A DNA stretch of 57,838 bases from Caulobacteraceae bacterium. Its GTDB lineage: Bacteria > Pseudomonadota > Alphaproteobacteria > Caulobacterales > Caulobacteraceae. The DNA is taken from positions 1 to 57,838 of the forward strand of contig JADZBR010000175.1 of NCBI GenBank assembly GCA_020852035.1, read 5' to 3'. Under the pieces are notes generated by a model. It saw nothing but the letters and a program-made list of their open reading frames with translations. It was not told the origin of the DNA and did not search any database. Below, one piece after another: positions 19,269 to 27,822 of the stretch; positions within the stretch are counted from its first letter, which is position 1; each line of letters starts with the position of its first letter. The position numbers and the translations under genes are program-made.

Positions 19269-19790
19269 TCAGCGCGGCCCATCTGCGCCCAACGCCTCGT
19301 TGGCGCGCGAGTGGCGTACGCCGGGCTGCAGTTCGATCATCTCGATGATGTTGCCGTTGGGGTCGTAACAGCACGCCGTGCCGACGATGCCGAGGTTGGC
19401 GTCCGGCGTGTGCACGGGTTGGGTGAAGACGACGCCCGCCTGGGTGAGCGCCGCGTAGGCGGCGTGCACATTGCGGGTCCTGAAGGCGATGATCCGGGGC
19501 ACCGCCTGTCTGCGGGCCGCCGGGTCGGGAAAAGCGGCCCTGGGCTCCACCCATTCGATCAGGTCGATCATCGGACCGTCCGGGTCCGACGGCAGCACCA
19601 TCAGCACCCCGCGCCCGTCGGCCTTCGCCAGTCCGAAGATGCCGGCGACGAACTCCGGCCACACCACGTTGCGACGGTCGTTCAGCACCTCGAAGCCAAG
19701 CAGCCGATAGAAGGCGACGGACTCGTCCAGGTCCCGGCAGTTGACGACCGTATGATAGAAGCGCGACAGCGCCCACGCCGCCTCGGACAC
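19269..19790 (-). CDS. VOC/glyoxalase-family protein
   Basis: HTVVNCRDLDESVAFYRLLGF, IDLIEW, IAFRT, YDPNGNIIEMIE. Confidence 0.88.
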   Translation of the reverse strand: MSEAAWALSRFYHTVVNCRDLDESVAFYRLLGFEVLNDRRNVVWPEFVAGIFGLAKADGRGVLMVLPSDPDGPMIDLIEWVEPRAAFPDPAARRQAVPRIIAFRTRNVHAAYAALTQAGVVFTQPVHTPDANLGIVGTACCYDPNGNIIEMIELQPGVRHSRANEALGADGPR

Positions 19791-19865
19791 GTCTCCATCT
19801 CCCCTGTGCGATCCCGGCGGCGCCCGCGTCAGCGGAGCCGTCCGACATTCATCTTATGGGGAAAG

Positions 19866-20013
19866 CATAACGATGGTTTTGTCGCGACCGCAAGCAATAA
19901 TATAACATGTGTTCTGGATTGAAGCGGCCGGGGGCCCCTTGGGAAGCGCTGGTGCGTCGGGGCAAGCGAACGCCCTTTGGCGCGGCCTGGGAAACGAGGT
20001 AACGGGCGTTATG
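19866..20013. promoter_or_regulatory. Two putative operators upstream of the VOC-TBDR-amidohydrolase unit
   Basis: CATAACGATGGTTTTG 19866-19881 and GGTAACGGGCGTTATG 19998-20013. Confidence 0.55.
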
Positions 20014-20021
20014 GTTGAACG

Positions 20022-20654
20022 CTAACCGGACACGCGCGACGGTTTGCGGCGAGGCTCGGGAACGGGTCCCAGGCGCAGGTCCACAAGCGAGTCCACGAAC
20101 TGGCGCAGGGCGACGCTGGTGAACTTGCCCGCGCCCAGCAGGACCTGCACGCCAAGCCCGTCGACAAGGGCGATGATCTCGCGCGCCACCCGCTCGACAT
20201 CGAGCTCGCGCGGCGCCTCTCCCTGCTCCTGCGCGCGGCGGATCACCGTCGAGACCCGGCCCATGTATTCGACGTAGCGCTCGCGCATCACCCGCTGCAC
20301 CTGCGGACTGTGGGCGCCCCGCTCCCAGAACGCCAGCCAGCAGCGCCACTGCGCCTTCATCGCCGTCGAGGTGGGCAGGATGGTGTGCAAAAGGTCGCGC
20401 AGGGCCTCGCGCGCCGACATCCCCGTGGCCGCCTCGTCCATCATCGGGCGGACAATCTCGGCGCCCTGCTCGGAGACGGCGATCAGCACCTCGTCCTTCG
20501 ACTGGAAATAGTGGGTCAGCGCGCCGGTCGTGAAGCCGGCCTCCTTGGCCACGTTGCGCATGGTCAGGCCCTCGAGCCCCTCGCGCGAGATCACCGCCAG
20601 CGCGGCCGCGGCGAATTGTCGTCGCCTCAGTTCGTGGTCGGCCTGCCGGGCCAT
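20022..20654 (-). CDS. TetR/AcrR-family regulator (BetI-like C-terminus)
   Basis: ISREGLEGLTMRNVAKEAGFTTGALTHYFQSKDEV; WLAFW; IIALVDGL. Confidence 0.92.
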   Translation of the reverse strand: MARQADHELRRRQFAAAALAVISREGLEGLTMRNVAKEAGFTTGALTHYFQSKDEVLIAVSEQGAEIVRPMMDEAATGMSAREALRDLLHTILPTSTAMKAQWRCWLAFWERGAHSPQVQRVMRERYVEYMGRVSTVIRRAQEQGEAPRELDVERVAREIIALVDGLGVQVLLGAGKFTSVALRQFVDSLVDLRLGPVPEPRRKPSRVSG

Positions 20655-20713
20655 GCGCTCTCTCAGCTCCTCGCGCCTAACGAGGCTGGCGCGTTACCAC
20701 AGGGCGCGCCAAG

Positions 20714-20729
20714 GAACACGCCCGTTATG
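20714..20729. promoter_or_regulatory. Putative autoregulatory operator upstream of the TetR gene
   Basis: GAACACGCCCGTTATG (reverse complement CATAACGGGCGTGTTC). Confidence 0.5.
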
Positions 20730-20854
20730 TTTCAGCCGCCGCAGACGCCGGCTGACATTCAAAAAGCCCGGGACCGCGGCGTGAACGCCCAGGCTATCGA
20801 CACCGCGAGCCCGCGCCTGGCGCCAGCGGCGGGCGCCGAACCCCGGCGCGCGCC

Positions 20855-21736
20855 TCAGGTCGCCTCGTCCCACGGATAGAACGGCGGCATCGCCGTCGCC
20901 CGGCCGGCGAACGTCGGGTCGCGCTTCTCCAGGAATGCGGCGACGCCTTCCTTGCCGTCGCCGATGCTGGTGTAGAACATCGCCAATGAATCCACGCGAT
21001 GCGCCTCGATCGGATGCGCCTGGGCAGCGTTGCGCAACAGCATCTGCCGCGCCAGCGCCACGGCGACCGGCGAGCGACGATCGATGAACTTCCGCGCCAG
21101 GGCATAGGCCGCCGGCAGGAGGTCGTCCCTGGGGTGGATGGAGCGCAAAAGCCCGCCCCGCAAGCCCTCCTCCGCATCGAAGATATCGCCGGACAAGACC
21201 CACTCCAGGGCTTGCTGCGGCCCGACCAGCCGCGGGAGAAACCAGCTCGAGCACGCCTCGGGAACGATTCCGAGCCGGCCAAACACAAACCCCATGCGCG
21301 CGCTATCGGCCGCCATCCGAATGTCCATCGCCAGGGTCATGGTCAGGCCGATGCCGACAGCCGGCCCATTAATGGCGGCGATGACCGGCTTCTTGCAGTC
21401 GAAGATGGCGAGCGTCACTCGCCCTCCGGTGTCGCGCACGCCGTCGCGAATGGCGGGGTCCTCCAGCCGCTCGCGCATGTCGGACAGGGTCGGACTCTGG
21501 GCTTCGTCGAGTCCGAAGACATTGCCCGCCCTGGAGAGGTCCATGCCGGCGCAGAACGCGCGGCCCCGGCCCGTCACCACAATGGCGCCGACCGCATCGT
21601 CGTCGCTGGCGCGCCGAAAGGCATCGATCAGCTCGTGCGCCATCTCGACAGTGAAGGCGTTGAGGCTGTCGGGCCGGTTAAGCGTGAGCGTGAGGATCCG
21701 GTCGTCGATGTCGTAGGTCAGCGTGCTGTAGGCCAT
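20855..21736 (-). CDS. Enoyl-CoA hydratase/isomerase (crotonase) family protein
   Basis: LTLNRPDSLNAF, GRAFCAGMDL, KPVIAAINGPAVGIG, GIVPE, EGVAAFLEKR. Confidence 0.93.
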   Translation of the reverse strand: MAYSTLTYDIDDRILTLTLNRPDSLNAFTVEMAHELIDAFRRASDDDAVGAIVVTGRGRAFCAGMDLSRAGNVFGLDEAQSPTLSDMRERLEDPAIRDGVRDTGGRVTLAIFDCKKPVIAAINGPAVGIGLTMTLAMDIRMAADSARMGFVFGRLGIVPEACSSWFLPRLVGPQQALEWVLSGDIFDAEEGLRGGLLRSIHPRDDLLPAAYALARKFIDRRSPVAVALARQMLLRNAAQAHPIEAHRVDSLAMFYTSIGDGKEGVAAFLEKRDPTFAGRATAMPPFYPWDEAT

Positions 21737-21883
21737 CACATCCTGCGCGATTGAGGGAGAACGGCCTGCCTTAGAGCTTCCCTTCACGCTTGTCGCTCAC
21801 TGGCGCGCTCCACCGGAGCGCCGACGCAGTCCGCCGTCCAGGCGGCGCTCCCGCGCGCCTGCCCGGCTTTAGCCCCACCAGAG

Positions 21884-21916
21884 TTGTATGCAATATTTCA
21901 TATATTGTTGGACAAT
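21884..21916. promoter_or_regulatory. Possible GntR-type operator pair in the divergent promoter region
   Basis: TTGTATGCAA (21884-21893) and ATTGTTGGACAAT (21904-21916) in an AT-rich stretch. Confidence 0.4.
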
Positions 21917-22084
21917 CTTACATCGACTGGCTATTCGTAGGCTGCGCCGCACCCCGCAAAGAGGACAGGCGCTGGGAGATGCAAGCGGCCCGGCTTGCCG
22001 GGCAAACCCGATCGACGCCGCCGGTTCACCGGGCCGCCAGGCCCGACGCATGCGCGCGATCCATTCAGCAGGAGGGAATGACCC

Positions 22085-23617
22085 GTGGCTTCAGCAATGC
22101 TGACCTTTACCGACCAGCCCCGCCAAATCGCGGACGACGAGGCGGCCGAGCCGCTGGTCGATGTCGATGTCGACGTCTACGTCTATGCGCCCGACGAACC
22201 GGGGGAATACCCGGTGATCATCTACAGCCACGGCACCCGGGGCGAGGCCGACCAGACCCACGACGGCATCACCTCCTCGTTGCCCCTCTACTGGGTCAGT
22301 CAGGGCTACATCGTCATCCTGCCCGCCCACGCCGAAGGGCGCGACGCCACGCAGAGCCAGATCGACAACCTTCCCCTGGAGGACGAGTTCGACGGGGCGG
22401 TGAACGGGTTCCTGTTCAACCGGGTCGAGGACATGAAGACCGCGCTCGACCACATCGGCGACCTGCTCGCCGAACTGGGGCCGGGCTATTCATCCAGCGG
22501 GTACGTCGTCGCCGCCGGCTACTCGGCCGGCGGCTCGACCGCCGAGGTCGCGGCGGGCGTCTCGATCAAGGACCTCTACGGGAACATCGTGAACTGGGGC
22601 GACTCGCGCTTCGACGCCCTGATCGACCTGTCGGCCGGCGGCGCGATGGAGGACGAGGAGGGCCACAATCCCTACGGCTTCTACGACGACGAGGACGGGA
22701 CCTCGTGGGATGGGTTCAGCAAGCCCATGTTCGTCGCCACCGGCGAAAACGACGTCCAGAAGGACGGCGGCAACTACCAGCACAAGCTGGACCCCTACGA
22801 CAACGCGCCGGCTGGCCACAGCTACGCCTTCGTCTTCAACAACGCGCGCCACGGCGACTTCGGCGTTCGTGTGTCCGAGACCGATCCGGGGGACAACTTT
22901 CACGTCTATGTCGAGCTGACCAGCCTCACCGGCTGGTTCCTCGACGGCTACGCCAAGGGCCAGATCGCCGATCTGGCCTCGCTGAGGGACGTCGACGGCC
23001 AGATGGCGGACGACACCACGTTCACCGAACTCTGGCAGGCCCTGCACACCGGAACCAAGGCCGGCGACACGCTCACCGGCAATGGCGGCGCCAATACGCT
23101 GGTCGGAACCGATTACAACGACACGCTGTCGGGGCTGGGCGGCGCCGATACGCTGACAGGCGGCATGGGCGGCGACATCTTGTCGGGCGGCGCCGGCGGC
23201 GATTTTCTCGACGGCGGCAGCGGGCGCGACACGCTCACCGGCGGTCTGGGCGCCGATACGCTGGTGGGCGGGTTCGATTCCGACGTGCTGACCGGCGGGG
23301 CCGGAACCGACACCTTCCGCTTCGTCGCCCGCGGGGACGGCGGTGGGCGGGGCGACACGATCACCGATTTCGCCATCGGCTCTGACCACATCGACGTCGA
23401 CGCCCTGCTCACATCGATCGAACAGAGCACCACGTCGATCGGCGACCACATCGATCTCGTGGTCGTGGGCGTCGATACCTGGATCATCCTCGACGTCGAC
23501 AACGACACGGACTACGTGCAGGGGATCAACACGCTCGACGACGAGGTGATCGCCGTCGTCCTGAACACCGCCGCCGGTGGGGCGACCCTCCTGTCATCGG
23601 GCGACTTCCTGTTCTGA
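22085..23617 (+). CDS. Acidic alpha/beta-hydrolase fused to RTX Ca2+-binding repeats (probable type I secretion substrate)
   Basis: YPVIIYSHG, GYSAGG nucleophile elbow, PMFVATGEND, NARHGDF; nine nonapeptide repeats; no N-terminal signal peptide; C-terminal DFLF. Confidence 0.82.
   Translation: MASAMLTFTDQPRQIADDEAAEPLVDVDVDVYVYAPDEPGEYPVIIYSHGTRGEADQTHDGITSSLPLYWVSQGYIVILPAHAEGRDATQSQIDNLPLEDEFDGAVNGFLFNRVEDMKTALDHIGDLLAELGPGYSSSGYVVAAGYSAGGSTAEVAAGVSIKDLYGNIVNWGDSRFDALIDLSAGGAMEDEEGHNPYGFYDDEDGTSWDGFSKPMFVATGENDVQKDGGNYQHKLDPYDNAPAGHSYAFVFNNARHGDFGVRVSETDPGDNFHVYVELTSLTGWFLDGYAKGQIADLASLRDVDGQMADDTTFTELWQALHTGTKAGDTLTGNGGANTLVGTDYNDTLSGLGGADTLTGGMGGDILSGGAGGDFLDGGSGRDTLTGGLGADTLVGGFDSDVLTGGAGTDTFRFVARGDGGGRGDTITDFAIGSDHIDVDALLTSIEQSTTSIGDHIDLVVVGVDTWIILDVDNDTDYVQGINTLDDEVIAVVLNTAAGGATLLSSGDFLF
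23069..23311 (+). repeat. Nine 27-bp RTX (GGxGxD-type) nonapeptide repeats
   Basis: TLTGNGGAN/TLVGTDYND/TLSGLGGAD/TLTGGMGGD/ILSGGAGGD/FLDGGSGRD/TLTGGLGAD/TLVGGFDSD/VLTGGAGTD. Confidence 0.88.
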
Positions 23618-23813
23618 CTCATGGCGCAATGGCGCGGGCGCTTCGGCCGAAGAGGGGCGCCCACCCACATCTCGCCGTCCACTGCGGCAAACAGCGCGGC
23701 GGGTTCAGCACCGCCCAGGCGCCCGCTGGCCAGGGGTGGATCGCAAGGTCCGCCGCGGGCCCGGCGGAAGCGGACGCCGGTTCGGCGAGCAAGCGCTCTG
23801 GTTTCAAAGGGTC

Positions 23814-24692
23814 CTAGCGCAGACGCCGCCAGTCGAACTCGGCCAGCCGCCGGGCCAGGGACTCCAGGTCCGCGCGCAGCCGCTCGAAGCCCTCGGTCCG
23901 GGCCAGCGTCTTCTCCTGCACATAGAGCGCCCGGTTGATCTCGATCTGCAGGGCGTGCACCCGCCGCGCGGGCCGGCCGTAGTGCTCGGTCGTGTAGCCG
24001 CCGGCGTAGGGCGCGTTGCGCGCCACCTGGTAGCCGAACGCCATCAGTTCGCGCTCCACCGTGGCCGTCACCAGCGGCGCGCAGGACGAGCCGAACCGGT
24101 CGCCGAGCACCATGTCGCAGCCGCGCCCGCGCCCGGCCATGCGGGCCGCCGCCGCCGGCATCGAATGCCAGTCGACCAGGATGGCGAAACCGTGCTCGGC
24201 CACCGCCTCGGCAACCAGCTCGGCCAGGGCGGCGTGATAGGGCCGGTGCGCGACCTCGATCCGCCGCCGCGCCTCGGCGAAGGACAGCTTGCGGGCGTAG
24301 ATCTCCTGGCCGTCGGCCACCACCCGGGCGATTGAGCCCAGCCCCGCGGCCACCCGCGCCGAGCGCCCGCGGGCGAACTCCGGCAGGGTCTCCTCGAACA
24401 TCGCCTGGTCGAGCTCGTAGGCTTCACGGTTCACGTCCACGAAGGCGCGGGCGTAGCGGGCGGCGATCAGACTGGCCCCGACCGTCGGGGCGGCGGCGAT
24501 CAGCTCGTCGACGAAGGCGTCCTCCGAGCCGCGGATGGCGGCCGCGTCCAGCGCCGCGGCGGCCATCATCTCTTGCGGATAACACCGGCCGGAATGCGGC
24601 GAGGCGAACACCAGCGGGGTCGCCGGCGCGCCGCCGGTCCGCCAGACGTCGAACGCCGGCTCGAAGACGTCGAGGGTCGCCTGTCCATCCAT
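23814..24692 (-). CDS. N-formylglutamate amidohydrolase
   Basis: FASPHSGR, RAFVDVNR, GLGSI, PYH, DWHSMP, GDRFG, NAPYAGG, LQIEINRALY. Start uncertain (ORF open to 24728). Confidence 0.9.
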   Translation of the reverse strand: MDGQATLDVFEPAFDVWRTGGAPATPLVFASPHSGRCYPQEMMAAAALDAAAIRGSEDAFVDELIAAAPTVGASLIAARYARAFVDVNREAYELDQAMFEETLPEFARGRSARVAAGLGSIARVVADGQEIYARKLSFAEARRRIEVAHRPYHAALAELVAEAVAEHGFAILVDWHSMPAAAARMAGRGRGCDMVLGDRFGSSCAPLVTATVERELMAFGYQVARNAPYAGGYTTEHYGRPARRVHALQIEINRALYVQEKTLARTEGFERLRADLESLARRLAEFDWRRLR

Positions 24693-24808
24693 CCGGCCGA
24701 TAAGACGATGCGCCGCGAGGGGCGTCAAACCGTGCGGCGCGGTTCATGCTCGATTTACAGCTGCCGGTTTAACCTTGCCGTCCGATCCGCAAGAGGGACC
24801 CGCCCGCC

Positions 24809-25168
24809 GTGCCGCGCATCCTCCTCGCCGAAGACGACGACAGCCTGCGCGGTTTCCTGGTGCGCGCGCTGGAACGCGCCGGCTATGAGGTCGAGGCCTG
24901 CGCCGACGGCGACGCCGCCGCCGCCGCGCTCGACCGCGACTGGGACCTCCTGCTCACCGACATCGTCATGCCGGGCCTGGACGGCATCGAGGTGGCTCGC
25001 CAGGCCGCCGCCCGCCAGCCGGGGCTGCGGATAATGTTCATCACCGGCTTCGCCGCGGTGGCCCTGGCCGCCAACGAGGCGGCGGTGCCGGGCGCCAAGG
25101 TGCTCTCCAAGCCCATTCACCTGCGCGAGATCGTCGCCGAGGTGGAACGGATGCTGGTCGCCGCCTGA
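24809..25168 (+). CDS. cpdR: Single-domain response regulator CpdR (ClpXP adaptor)
   Basis: RILLAEDDDSLRGFL..ALERAG...WDLLLTDIVMPG.DGIEVARQAAAR...IMFITGFAAVAL...AKVLSKP; lies between N-formylglutamate amidohydrolase and tRNA-Val. Confidence 0.93.
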   Translation: MPRILLAEDDDSLRGFLVRALERAGYEVEACADGDAAAAALDRDWDLLLTDIVMPGLDGIEVARQAAARQPGLRIMFITGFAAVALAANEAAVPGAKVLSKPIHLREIVAEVERMLVAA

Positions 25169-25233
25169 GCCCGGTTGCCTCGGCCGGGCGGTGCGCGTAT
25201 ATCGGCGCCTCCCCGCTCGCCGGAGCCTGGTTT

Positions 25234-25308
25234 GGACGCGTAGCTCAGCGGGAGAGCACTACGTTGACATCGTAGGGGTCGCTGGTTCAATCCCAGCCGC
25301 GTCCACCA
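25234..25308 (+). tRNA. tRNA-Val (anticodon GAC)
   Basis: Acceptor GGACGCG/CGCGTCC, D-arm TAGCTCAGCGGGAGAGC, anticodon arm CTACG-TTGACAT-CGTAG, T-loop GGTTCAATCC, encoded CCA. Confidence 0.97.
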
Positions 25309-25696
25309 TTCTTTCCTCAGTAAAAACAATATCTTAGACGGGCGCTGCGGCGTGCGCACGCTCTTCCATTGGGGAGTTTTTGGGCTAGGGGGCGATCGGC
25401 GCGAAACTAGCTGTGACCGCCTGAAACCCGGCATCATGGTCGCCACGGAATGTGGACATGCCCTCATCAGCGCTCATGCTTGCTTCTTGGTCATATGATC
25501 TGAAGGACGCGCGGTCCTGACACCGCCGAAGTTCGCTCGGCGGTTTGTGGAGTGGGCGAGCCCTGAGCGCAGAGCGAGATGATGGCCGCACCAACCAAGG
25601 TCACAGCTGCGCCGCGATCAGCCATGACACATTGGGGGAGCCATCAGACATAGCGCATACCAGCCTGAGGCTTCATCCTGTCAAACCGAGAGGGGC

Positions 25697-26629
25697 TCAG
25701 GTCAGTGCTCTGACTTCTTGGAGAAGCCAATTTACGCCCGCGTCGCGGGCGCTGGCGAAGACCGCGCCGATCACGACCGTCGGCGTTGGGTGCGGCGGGG
25801 TCAAGAGCTCCACGAACTCGGGCGCGGCCGCCTGGCCGTAGCGGCGCAGGGTGAGCGTCACCGCGTCCGACCCCAGGACAGCCGCCAGCGCGTGCGACAG
25901 GTCCGACACCCTGGCCGCCACGCGGCCGCTTTCGAGGTCGAGCGCCTGGCTTCCGCGCAGTTCCCGCGCTTCGTCCAGCAGGCGGCGGGCTTCTTCGTAC
26001 TCGTCGCTGACGACTGGGCGGAGGTCTTCCAACACTACGTGCTGGGCCCGCAGCAACATGGTCATGGTCAGCGGCGCCCGCACGTACGGGTGGCCACGCC
26101 GGGCGGCCCACACCATCTCGTCCTTCAGCAGCGGCAGCCATTCCACTTTCGCAGGCCGTGGCGGCTCGGCGCCGAAGGCGATGTCGACCAGGCCGCGCTG
26201 GACGGCTTCGACGAAATCGGCGCCCACCGGCAGGAAGCGGATCCGCACGCCAGGGGCCACATCACGCAGACGCGCCAGGAGGCGCGGCAGGAAGACCGCG
26301 GCCGAATAGGACCCGCCGGTCAGCACGAATTGCCGCTCGGACGCCTGCGGATCGAAGTCCAGCGGCTCGATCGCGCTGCGCAGGTTTTCCATGGCCGGCC
26401 CGGCCCGTCGACCGACCTCGATCGCGTAGGGCGTCGGCGTCATCCCGCCCTGCGCACGCTCGAACAAGGGATCGCCGAAGGCCAGGCGTAGCCGCGCCAG
26501 GGCGTGGGACACGGCCGATGGCGTGAGGCCGAGGCGGCGTGCCGTGAGGCTCACGCTGCGACATTCCAACAGGGCGAGGAAGACCTTGAAGAGGTTGAGG
26601 TCGAGCGCGCGAAATTGAACTTCATTCAT
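25697..26629 (-). CDS. LysR-family regulator (NodD/MexT-like)
   Basis: LDLNLFKVFLALLECRSVSLTARRLGLTPSAVSHALARLR...DPLFER...MTPTPYA; divergent from the efflux operon. Confidence 0.92.
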   Translation of the reverse strand: MNEVQFRALDLNLFKVFLALLECRSVSLTARRLGLTPSAVSHALARLRLAFGDPLFERAQGGMTPTPYAIEVGRRAGPAMENLRSAIEPLDFDPQASERQFVLTGGSYSAAVFLPRLLARLRDVAPGVRIRFLPVGADFVEAVQRGLVDIAFGAEPPRPAKVEWLPLLKDEMVWAARRGHPYVRAPLTMTMLLRAQHVVLEDLRPVVSDEYEEARRLLDEARELRGSQALDLESGRVAARVSDLSHALAAVLGSDAVTLTLRRYGQAAAPEFVELLTPPHPTPTVVIGAVFASARDAGVNWLLQEVRALT

Positions 26630-26784
26630 GATGATAGTGATCATGTTTCATTTGGCTCATGCCGCTCGTCAAACTAAATGTTCCGCATGGTCGCGACGCT
26701 CGGCACGACCTTCGATGGAATCAGCCGCATGACCAAAACCTCTCCGCCCAGCGCAGACTGGCGCCTCCGCGCGCGTGCGCCGCG

Positions 26785-27822
26785 ATGATCAAGGGCCTTT
26801 TCGCCGGCCGCCGCCGACTGCTGCTGATGGTGGTTCCGCCAATCGTCATCGCTGTAGCGGTCCTGGTGTGGATGACCACGCACAGCGGCGTGGTGTCTAC
26901 GGACAACGCCACGGTGGCCGCCGCGCGCGTGCCGATCAGCGCCAGCGTGCGCGCTCGAGTGATCCAGGTGAGCGTGAAGGAAAACCAACCGGTCCACGCG
27001 GGTGAGGTCCTCTTCACGCTGGACGATGCCGACTTCAAGGTCGCGGTGGTGCAGGCCGAGGCGGATTTGGCGGCGGCGCGGCTGCAGGTCGCGGGCCTGC
27101 GCGCGGCCTATCGCCAGAGCCTCGCCGACACCCGTGCGGCGCGAGCCCGGGCGGGCTTGGCCCGCAACGAGGCGGCGCGGCAGCGAGATCTCCTCAACGT
27201 CGGCGTCGCCTCGCAGCGCGACGTCGACCAGGCCGTCAGCGCGGCCTCCGTCGGAGAAGCCCAACTCAACGCCGAGGTCCAGGCCCAGGCCACCGCCCTG
27301 GCGAACCTCGGCGGCGCCCCCGACATATCGGTCGATCAGCACCCCCTGGTGCTGAAAGCGAAGGCGAGGCTTGAGCAGGCGCAGATCGACCTTGCCCACA
27401 CCCGCGTCACCGCCCCCGCCGACGGCCGCGCCGCGCGCGTCTCGCAACTGCAGGTCGGCTCCTACGTCCAGCCGGCGCAGACGCTGTTCTGGCTGATTTC
27501 GGGCAAGCCGTGGGTAGACGCGGCGTTCAAGGAGAACCAGCTCGCGCACCTGCTGCCCGGCCAACCCGTGAAGATCCGCATCGACGCCCACCCCGGCCAG
27601 ACCTACGCGGGGCACATCGAAAGCCTGTCGCCGGGCACCGGCGCGAGCTTTGCGGTGCTGCCCGCCGAGAATGCGACCGGCAACTGGGTGCACGTGGTGC
27701 AGCGGCTGAACGTGCGGGTCGCCTTCGACGAACTGCCCGCCGACGCCGCGCTGGCTGTCGGCCTGAGCGGCAAGGTCGCCGTCGATACGCGCGGCCAGAC
27801 ATCGGCCGGAACCGCTTCGTGA
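26785..27822 (+). CDS. HlyD/EmrA-family membrane fusion protein
   Basis: N-terminal TM, STDNA, FKENQL, PGTGASFAVLPAENATGNWVHVVQR. Confidence 0.9.
   Translation: MIKGLFAGRRRLLLMVVPPIVIAVAVLVWMTTHSGVVSTDNATVAAARVPISASVRARVIQVSVKENQPVHAGEVLFTLDDADFKVAVVQAEADLAAARLQVAGLRAAYRQSLADTRAARARAGLARNEAARQRDLLNVGVASQRDVDQAVSAASVGEAQLNAEVQAQATALANLGGAPDISVDQHPLVLKAKARLEQAQIDLAHTRVTAPADGRAARVSQLQVGSYVQPAQTLFWLISGKPWVDAAFKENQLAHLLPGQPVKIRIDAHPGQTYAGHIESLSPGTGASFAVLPAENATGNWVHVVQRLNVRVAFDELPADAALAVGLSGKVAVDTRGQTSAGTAS

Noticed and set aside
24768-24774. CtrA site upstream of cpdR
   Set aside because: Only a TTAACC half-site is present; plausible biologically but not supportable from the sequence alone.
25385-25594. 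Minus-strand peptide (GMSTFRGDHDAGFQ) vaguely like a tyrosine integrase C-terminus next to the tRNA
   Set aside because: No HxLR or catalytic Tyr motif; similarity too weak.
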